Shown: positions 6,822-12,863 of the stretch, one piece after another
How positions within the stretch are numbered: position 1 is the stretch's first letter
Layout: every line of letters begins with the position of its first letter
DNA from: Bdellovibrionota bacterium
GTDB lineage: Bacteria; Bdellovibrionota_C; UBA2361; JBGSMV01
Direction of reading: 5' to 3'
NCBI GenBank assembly: GCA_044356455.1
Contig: JBIKWF010000117.1
Span: forward strand, 1-12,863
DNA: 12,863 nt
Made by a program: the position numbers and the translations under genes
Notes under the pieces: model-generated
Databases searched by the model: none
What the model was told of the DNA's origin: nothing
The model's input: only the letters and a program-made list of their open reading frames with translations

Positions 6822-8219
6822 CTAAGATTTTGATTCTTTGAGGCGCTCAGGGAGAATAAGATCCTCACGCGTATAACGCTGCTCAGAAAAGCGCTCCAGA
6901 AGCAAAGAGTAGCAGCGCCCGGGCGCCACACGTGCCGGAGGTCTATCTCCCCTGATTCTGATAAACCAAGGTTGCTCATTCGAGAGAGAGAACTCCTTGA
7001 GCCAGAATACCGTCGTCTGACTGCTCACTCGTTTAAAGCCTGCGGGACGCTGAAGGGTAAGTCTCCCCTCGATTGCCGCCACAATAGAACCATCCTGCTC
7101 AACATCGGCAAGCTGCTCACTCGTAAAGGGCAGATAGGTAAGAGCAACGGTAGGATCAACTCCGTAGGAAGAATCTTCCCATGCTTTACTGCGCGCAACA
7201 TTGGGAGTAGTGAGAATTTCAGCCTTCGCAAGCCCAACTCCGCCACCACTGAGCGCTCGGCCCTCTACATGCCCACGAGCACTATAGAGGACACGTGAGA
7301 CTTTATAGGGACTTTCAACAAAAAAAGTATCGTCTGGGCGACGTGCTCCCCGCTCTACATTAAATGGCACCCGAGGGCAGAGTAACAGTGCGCGTGCATA
7401 CTGCCCACCGAGCTGGATGCGCGGCAGAAGAACAGTCATACCAGAACGCCCTCGGCCATCGATATAAAGCCGCTCTTGCTCAAGAGGCGGAAAGGCAAGC
7501 TCGAGCCCTTCCTTGCTACGCCGTGTTTGTCCTTCGGTGTGCTGTAAAAGGAGCTGCTTTTCTCTGATGGTCAGCCGAATATCAAAATATTCTGGATCCT
7601 TTTCGATGGGCCCTTTCCCCTCATCGTCCTTTCTAAATCGAACCACCACGGTATCAAATCCGGTGGTGAGAGAGGGAAGATTGCCTTCCCAGGCATCACG
7701 TAGCTCTCGCGATTCGAAACGCTCCCTTGCCTGCGGAGGCACCACAAGGACTTCATTTTTCAAGAAGGCCTTGATGAGAAGCTGCTCGGTATCTGGGGAA
7801 AGATCCTTAGCACCCACTCTGCCCGGCGGCAATTCAATCGAGGACGGCGCAATTGAGGACGGTGCAATCGAAGACTCTGAGGAGTCAGGAGTGTCAAGAC
7901 CAAGCACAATCTCCTTGGTCCCTGCCCAGCCATAAGAAGACGAAGACTCCGAAGAGCCGTACTCTCCTGCCCTCGATGAAGGGCTCCGAGACTCCTCGCT
8001 TATGCTCGGGGCGATAATGGTACTTACCGGCATAGGTAGAGGCGTCGGCTCGGCCGGTACAAGAAGAGACGCATCCGCTTTAGCACCCGCAAAAGTGTCT
8101 TCACCAAAAGGCTCTGAATAGCCAGGAGCGACTGAAAGAAGGAGGTGCGACAACACTGCCAGGGCGGGTGCCACAAAAGAGCCGGAACGAAAGAGACGAT
8201 TTTTCCGAGTCAGCCTCAT
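6822..8219 (-). CDS. Hypothetical exported protein (465 aa) with signal peptide and Ser/Pro-rich linker
   Basis: ATGA overlap with the rodA stop. Basic N-region plus hydrophobic segment FVAPALAVLSHLLLSVAPG, then a low-complexity linker and a ~320-aa globular-looking region. Confidence 0.82.
   Translation of the reverse strand: MRLTRKNRLFRSGSFVAPALAVLSHLLLSVAPGYSEPFGEDTFAGAKADASLLVPAEPTPLPMPVSTIIAPSISEESRSPSSRAGEYGSSESSSSYGWAGTKEIVLGLDTPDSSESSIAPSSIAPSSIELPPGRVGAKDLSPDTEQLLIKAFLKNEVLVVPPQARERFESRELRDAWEGNLPSLTTGFDTVVVRFRKDDEGKGPIEKDPEYFDIRLTIREKQLLLQHTEGQTRRSKEGLELAFPPLEQERLYIDGRGRSGMTVLLPRIQLGGQYARALLLCPRVPFNVERGARRPDDTFFVESPYKVSRVLYSARGHVEGRALSGGGVGLAKAEILTTPNVARSKAWEDSSYGVDPTVALTYLPFTSEQLADVEQDGSIVAAIEGRLTLQRPAGFKRVSSQTTVFWLKEFSLSNEQPWFIRIRGDRPPARVAPGRCYSLLLERFSEQRYTREDLILPERLKESKS
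7835..7879. repeat. 15-nt in-frame tandem repeat x3
   Basis: CAATCGAGGACGGCG / CAATTGAGGACGGTG / CAATCGAAGACTCTG, encoding SSIAPSSIAPSSI on the minus strand. Confidence 0.8.
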
Positions 8220-9364
8220 GCACCACCGCGAGAAAAAACAAATCGCCTCATGTCAGCCCCCAAGAGAAGTCCGATAGAGAACATAGTGGAAATAAGAGCT
8301 GAACCACCGTGACTAAAAAGAGGCAGAGGAATCCCTACCACCGGCAAGAGTCCTATCACCATGCCAATATTAATCATGGTATGGATAAAAAATAACATTC
8401 CGATGCCGAGCATCACGAGCCCAGAGAAAAGTTCTCGGCTACGCGCGACCACGCGCAAAACGCCAAGAATAAAAGTAAAGTACAGCGACAGCACGAACAA
8501 ACATCCGACAAAGCCCCATTCTTCTGCCAGCACAGAAAAGACAAAGTCAGTAGTGTGCTCGGGAAGAAACTCGAGCTGCGTTTGAGTCCCTTCCATATAA
8601 CCCTTACCCAATATCTTCCCTGAGCCCACTGCTATTTTAGACTGGGTTATATGATAGCCACTGCCCCTGGGGTCGAGCTCCGGATTCACCAAGACTTCTA
8701 TGCGGCGCCTTTGGTAGTCATGCAAGGAGTGCCACGCGGGATAAATTGCGAGTAGTGCAGGCACCGCCAACATCACCAGCACCTTGGGTTTAACTCCCAT
8801 AAAGAGCAGCATCCCAGAACCAATAAACACTACCACCAGGGCAGTTCCCAAATCAGGCTGTCCCATAATGAGAGCCGCGGGAACTCCGAACAGAATACCT
8901 GGTAGCAAAATCTCCTTAAAGGAATAGCCACCAAGGCGCGGGGGATTTCGAGAGAAGTAACGTGCGAGAACTAAAATCGTAGCAAGCTTTGCTGGTTCTG
9001 CTGGCTGAATATTAAATCCACCGACGGAGAGCCAGCGCTGAGAACCGTTTACAATATTTCCAAAAAGGTCCACGAGGATAAGAAGCACAATACAAAGACC
9101 ATAAAGGGGATATGCCGCTCGGCTTAATATCGAAGGGCGAATCATGGTTCCTAACAGCAAGACAAAAAATCCCATGACAAGAAAAACGGCTTGGCGCGCA
9201 AACGCCTCACTAGGAATCGGACTAAGAAATGAAACAAGCTGCACTTGACGGTCAGGGTCGTACCCCGCGCTAAACAATACTACCAGCCCGCAGACAGGAA
9301 TGAGCAGCGCGAGCCCAAAGAGAAGGTAATCAAATTGAGAAATGACTCGTCGATCAATCAACAT
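8216..9364 (-). CDS. rodA: Rod shape-determining protein RodA (SEDS peptidoglycan glycosyltransferase)
   Basis: GSQRWL, IQPAEPAK, QPDLGT, GYHITQSKIAVGSG, FLPEHTTDFVFSVLAEEWG and PVVGIPLPLFSHGGS motifs; follows mrdA; RBS AGGAGG at 9368-9373. Confidence 0.97.
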   Translation of the reverse strand: MLIDRRVISQFDYLLFGLALLIPVCGLVVLFSAGYDPDRQVQLVSFLSPIPSEAFARQAVFLVMGFFVLLLGTMIRPSILSRAAYPLYGLCIVLLILVDLFGNIVNGSQRWLSVGGFNIQPAEPAKLATILVLARYFSRNPPRLGGYSFKEILLPGILFGVPAALIMGQPDLGTALVVVFIGSGMLLFMGVKPKVLVMLAVPALLAIYPAWHSLHDYQRRRIEVLVNPELDPRGSGYHITQSKIAVGSGKILGKGYMEGTQTQLEFLPEHTTDFVFSVLAEEWGFVGCLFVLSLYFTFILGVLRVVARSRELFSGLVMLGIGMLFFIHTMINIGMVIGLLPVVGIPLPLFSHGGSALISTMFSIGLLLGADMRRFVFSRGGA

Positions 9365-11378
9365 GTGCCTCCTGAGCGGGAGCTTGCGAGGGAAGAGAGC
9401 CTAGCGCGGAATCCGAGGGGACAACCTCCGAGGACTGGTCGCTTACGCTCTGTACCTCCTCGGTCGGAACTTCAACTTCAGGAATCTCCGCAGGCACGGG
9501 CTCCGCGCGGGAAACTGGTGCCGAAACTTGAGAACCTTGGGCGGCTGGAGCAATCCCTCTCGTCTTATAGAAATAGGAAGCCATAACTTCTCTGACTACC
9601 GGAGCCGCAGTTGCGCCTCCACCGCCTCCATTTTCAACAAGAGCGACTACTACTAATTCTGGATTATCTACGGGGGCATATCCAACGAACCAGGCGTGAT
9701 GCTCAAAGTTCTTAGATTTACCTTTATGCTCAAGTCCTACCACTTGCGACGTCCCCGTTTTGCCGCCGACAACAATTCCTAGCTCGCTGGGAAGCTTGGC
9801 GCGATGCGCAGTGCCTGTGGGGTCATTTACCACTCCGACCATGTCACGCCGCACCGTTTCTACAATAGCGGGGTCGAGATCCAGGGTTCCCATAGCTTCC
9901 GGTGCAAAAGAATCATCTAGAAATTTCCCATCAACTGACTCTACGCGCTTCACGAGCTGAGGTTTATAGAGCGTACCTCCATTTAAAAGTGCCGCAATGG
10001 CACGGGCGATTTGAATCGGGGTTGTCGTTACTGCGCCTTGACCAATTGAGACCGAAGGAGTTTCCCCGGGATACCACTTCTGCTGCTCAGGATCTTTGAA
10101 GCGTTTTTTCTTCCACTCCGTAGAAGGAACAAGCCCCGAACTTTCATCGGTAAGTTCAAGCCCGGTGGGAGAACCAAGCCCAAAACGTGTGGCATAGGCA
10201 TGAATTCTGTCCACGCCAAGGCGGGTACCAGCCATATAAAAATAAATGTCACAGGATTGAACGAGCGCGCCAAAATGGTTCACCGTGCCGTGCCCCGAAC
10301 GTTTATGGCAGTGAAAGACGCGGTTCCCTACTTGCATGTGGCCTGGACAAAAAGCCGTCTCAGACAGCGTCATGACACCTTCACTCAAGGCCGCAGCCTC
10401 CATGAAGACCTTGAAGACAGAACCAGGAGGATACGTTCCCTGCACTGCTCTATTGGTAAGCTTTCGCCCTTCGCCTTGAATAACGTCCACCCAGGCATCA
10501 CGCGGAATTTCTCCCACAAACATATTCGGGTCATACCGTGGGCCAGAAGTGAGGGCGATCACTTCTCCTGTTCTCGGATCAAGCGCAACGATTGCTCCCT
10601 TGCGATCTCCAAGGGCAAGTTCCGCGGCAGCCTGAACATCCTTGTCGATAGTAAGGATTACATTCTTCCCTGGCTTCTCCGATTCAAAGGAGGCCTGACC
10701 AATCTTGGTACCCATCGCGTTCACGACGACTTCCTGCACGCCCCGCTGGCCTTGAAGAAGTTTTTCCCAGCGCGCCTCTATGCCAGATTGGCCGACGACA
10801 TCACCCATGCGGTAGCCAACATATCCTGGCTTCTCAAGCTGCTTGCTGCTTATTTCACCGATGTAACCGATCACATGGGCGGCAAGGTCATTAAAGGGAT
10901 AATACCGCGCCGGAATAACACTCACTTGAACGCCCGGAAGCTCCCAGCGTCGTGATTCGATAGCAGCCACGAGTTCACGCGAGATATCTTTGAGGACCAT
11001 GCGCGGTTCAAAGGGGCGTCTCTTTCCAGGAGACTTCACTGCCTTCATCAACTCAAGGGGGTCTCGACCTGCAATTTCTGCAAGACGCGCAACAGTTTCC
11101 TCCAGGTTCGTGGTGTCCTCTCGCACAATATCAACCTGAAAGGCGGGCCGATTCTTGGCCAGAATCACGCCATTTCGGTCGAGGATCAGACCTCGCGGAG
11201 GGGTCACAAAAACCTGTCGAATGCGGTTATTCTCCGATTGATCGCGAAAATAGTCGCCCTTTACGATCTGGAGAAACCAGAGGCGAAGAACAATGATGAC
11301 GAAAAATACGCACACGAGCGCGAGCGCAATATTGAGGCGCGCCGAAAGATTAATGCTGGGCTTCTCGTACGATGGCAT
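9354..11378 (-). CDS. mrdA: Penicillin-binding protein 2 (class B transpeptidase)
   Basis: N-terminal TM helix, RGLILDRNG, GQSGIE, SxxK (PPGSVFK), SCD and KTGT motifs; lies between mreD and rodA. Confidence 0.97.
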   Translation of the reverse strand: MPSYEKPSINLSARLNIALALVCVFFVIIVLRLWFLQIVKGDYFRDQSENNRIRQVFVTPPRGLILDRNGVILAKNRPAFQVDIVREDTTNLEETVARLAEIAGRDPLELMKAVKSPGKRRPFEPRMVLKDISRELVAAIESRRWELPGVQVSVIPARYYPFNDLAAHVIGYIGEISSKQLEKPGYVGYRMGDVVGQSGIEARWEKLLQGQRGVQEVVVNAMGTKIGQASFESEKPGKNVILTIDKDVQAAAELALGDRKGAIVALDPRTGEVIALTSGPRYDPNMFVGEIPRDAWVDVIQGEGRKLTNRAVQGTYPPGSVFKVFMEAAALSEGVMTLSETAFCPGHMQVGNRVFHCHKRSGHGTVNHFGALVQSCDIYFYMAGTRLGVDRIHAYATRFGLGSPTGLELTDESSGLVPSTEWKKKRFKDPEQQKWYPGETPSVSIGQGAVTTTPIQIARAIAALLNGGTLYKPQLVKRVESVDGKFLDDSFAPEAMGTLDLDPAIVETVRRDMVGVVNDPTGTAHRAKLPSELGIVVGGKTGTSQVVGLEHKGKSKNFEHHAWFVGYAPVDNPELVVVALVENGGGGGATAAPVVREVMASYFYKTRGIAPAAQGSQVSAPVSRAEPVPAEIPEVEVPTEEVQSVSDQSSEVVPSDSALGSLPSQAPAQEAHVD

Positions 11379-11388
11379 TTTTCTAAAA

Positions 11389-11922
11389 TTACATTACTCG
11401 CGCCGAAGCCGCGAATCCAAAGCGCTTCAAAAAGGCAAAACACAGCGGGGCACAAAATGCACTCAGCAAAGCCTCAAGAAGTATATTCACTCCACTCGAA
11501 ACTGGAGAAAGCTCGGCTGATCGGAACTGTAGCATCATGGCGAGATAGACCCCCTGAGCGACCAAAGAACCGATGAGCACGGCAACAAAGGCCGTAAGCG
11601 GAGAATCAGTAAACACACGCTGCGTAAGCGAGGAAAGAAGCGCATATACCAGCACAAAGGCCCCTGCCCATGGGCCAAGCAGCGCACCAGAGGAGAGGTC
11701 AAAGAGCAAACCAAGAAAGAACGAGAGTACGACCCCTAGAAGACTCACTTCGTGAAAGGCGAGAAACGCAACCACCGCAATCATGATATTAGGAACAATG
11801 GCGCTTGTAGGGAGCAGCGCCCTAAGGACACTGCCCTGCAAGAACATGGCCGCGATCCCGATAACCAAAACCACGGCGAAGGACTTCATGCCTGGCACAC
11901 TCAACGACATAGCAATGACCAC
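11389..11922 (-). CDS. mreD: Rod shape-determining protein MreD
   Basis: Hydrophobic ~170-aa protein with VPNI and FFLGLLFDLSSGALLG motifs, between mreC and mrdA. The start may instead be the ATG at 11910 or 11889. Confidence 0.9.
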   Translation of the reverse strand: MVIAMSLSVPGMKSFAVVLVIGIAAMFLQGSVLRALLPTSAIVPNIMIAVVAFLAFHEVSLLGVVLSFFLGLLFDLSSGALLGPWAGAFVLVYALLSSLTQRVFTDSPLTAFVAVLIGSLVAQGVYLAMMLQFRSAELSPVSSGVNILLEALLSAFCAPLCFAFLKRFGFAASARVM

Positions 11923-11944
11923 CCTCGCTTCTTTGCCAAAAATT

Positions 11945-11974
11945 TATTGAGCACATTACTATTGAGCACTGTAC
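11945..11974. repeat. 15-nt tandem duplication spanning the mreC stop codon
   Basis: TATTGAGCACATTAC / TATTGAGCACTGTAC, 13/15 identical. Confidence 0.75.
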
Positions 11975-12863
11975 CCTCTCGAAGAGAACGCCGACGCGGA
12001 AGACGTGGCGACACTTGAGGCGCTACTTGACTTGCGAGTCGATGATTTCGATCCACGCGAAGCGGACGATGCCAACGCGGCGAGGGGCTTCGAACTCGCA
12101 GAGCCTGAGGATTTCGAAGCTACGCTCTCGGAAGAGGCACTCGCCTCTCGCCCTCTCGATCGCAATATTCCGGCGGACACCACAACCGCCCCTCCCTTTT
12201 CTGAGACTGCGGGTAGTTCAGATTCAGCAACTCCTTCCGTAACGATCAGCACAGATTCAAGCTTAGATATGTCGGCTGCGGGCTCTACTCTTACGCTCTG
12301 AAACATCCCCGCGCCTGCCTTCTGGGCCTCAGAGACCACACCAATAGTTAAGCCCTTAGGGAATATGCCATCCATACCAGAGGTAATGATGCGATCTCCC
12401 ACAGCAACGACATCTTCTTGAAGCACATACCGAAGTTCGCTGTACTCCTTACCAAGACCATGAACGACGCCGCGAGCTCTACTGGATTGCACCAGAGCAT
12501 CCACGGCACTTGCATGATCAGTAAGGAGCAGCACACGCGCCGTGTTGGGACTTACCGCGATCACCTGCCCAACTACCGCATCCCCCTCAATAACCGGCAT
12601 TCCGGCGGCAATGCCAACAAGAGACCCCTTATCAACAGTAACCGCCCTTACCCAGTTTGAAGGATCGTAGCCGATGACCTCCGCAGCAATTCCCTCAATC
12701 TGCCTATCTTCGGCTGCATTTACGAGTTTTCTTAATCTCTTGAGCTCATTCTCGCCCTCAAGCAAGCGCGAGTTCTCCGCTTCGAGCGCTTCGACACGCT
12801 CCTTAATGCGCTCATTCTCTTTGCGGACATCGACAAGCCAGACGTAGTGAGACCACACCCCCG
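11959..12863 (-). CDS. mreC: Rod shape-determining protein MreC, 5' end outside the window
   Basis: Coiled coil ENERIK..ENELKRLRKL, then AEVIGYDP, VDKGS, VGQV, VLLLTD, GDRIITSGMDGIFPKGLTIGVV and VEPAAD motifs; the frame is open to the window edge. Confidence 0.96.
   Translation of the reverse strand, partial: GVWSHYVWLVDVRKENERIKERVEALEAENSRLLEGENELKRLRKLVNAAEDRQIEGIAAEVIGYDPSNWVRAVTVDKGSLVGIAAGMPVIEGDAVVGQVIAVSPNTARVLLLTDHASAVDALVQSSRARGVVHGLGKEYSELRYVLQEDVVAVGDRIITSGMDGIFPKGLTIGVVSEAQKAGAGMFQSVRVEPAADISKLESVLIVTEGVAESELPAVSEKGGAVVVSAGILRSRGREASASSESVASKSSGSASSKPLAALASSASRGSKSSTRKSSSASSVATSSASAFSSRGYSAQ

Noticed and set aside
10200..10955. 251-aa plus-strand ORF
   Set aside because: Lies entirely antisense to mrdA and has no recognisable motifs; a shadow ORF. 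The same applies to the other short ORFs overlapping the assigned genes.

Overview
Bacterial chromosomal window of about 50-55% GC (estimated by eye). Gene order and protein style suggest a deltaproteobacterial/Bdellovibrionota-like organism (inference). Two minus-strand housekeeping blocks are present. The first is the elongasome operon mreC (5'-truncated)-mreD-mrdA(PBP2)-rodA, translationally coupled to an unknown 465-aa exported protein. The second is guaB-hypothetical-maf-yggS-yggT-yggU plus an FmdB-family zinc-ribbon gene that runs off the window edge and is absent from the ORF track. Between them lies a plus-strand ~2.1 kb accessory segment: a glycine-zipper protein, two long palindromes, and a 7-TM membrane protein with an internally duplicated PQ-loop/SWEET-like architecture. 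The main non-coding signal is a family of three extragenic palindromes built from 9-nt-periodic CACnnAG heptamers (1140-1185, 5828-5879, 5915-5987). There are also four separate 15-nt tandem duplications, three of them at gene termini. No rRNA, tRNA, CRISPR array or transposase was seen.
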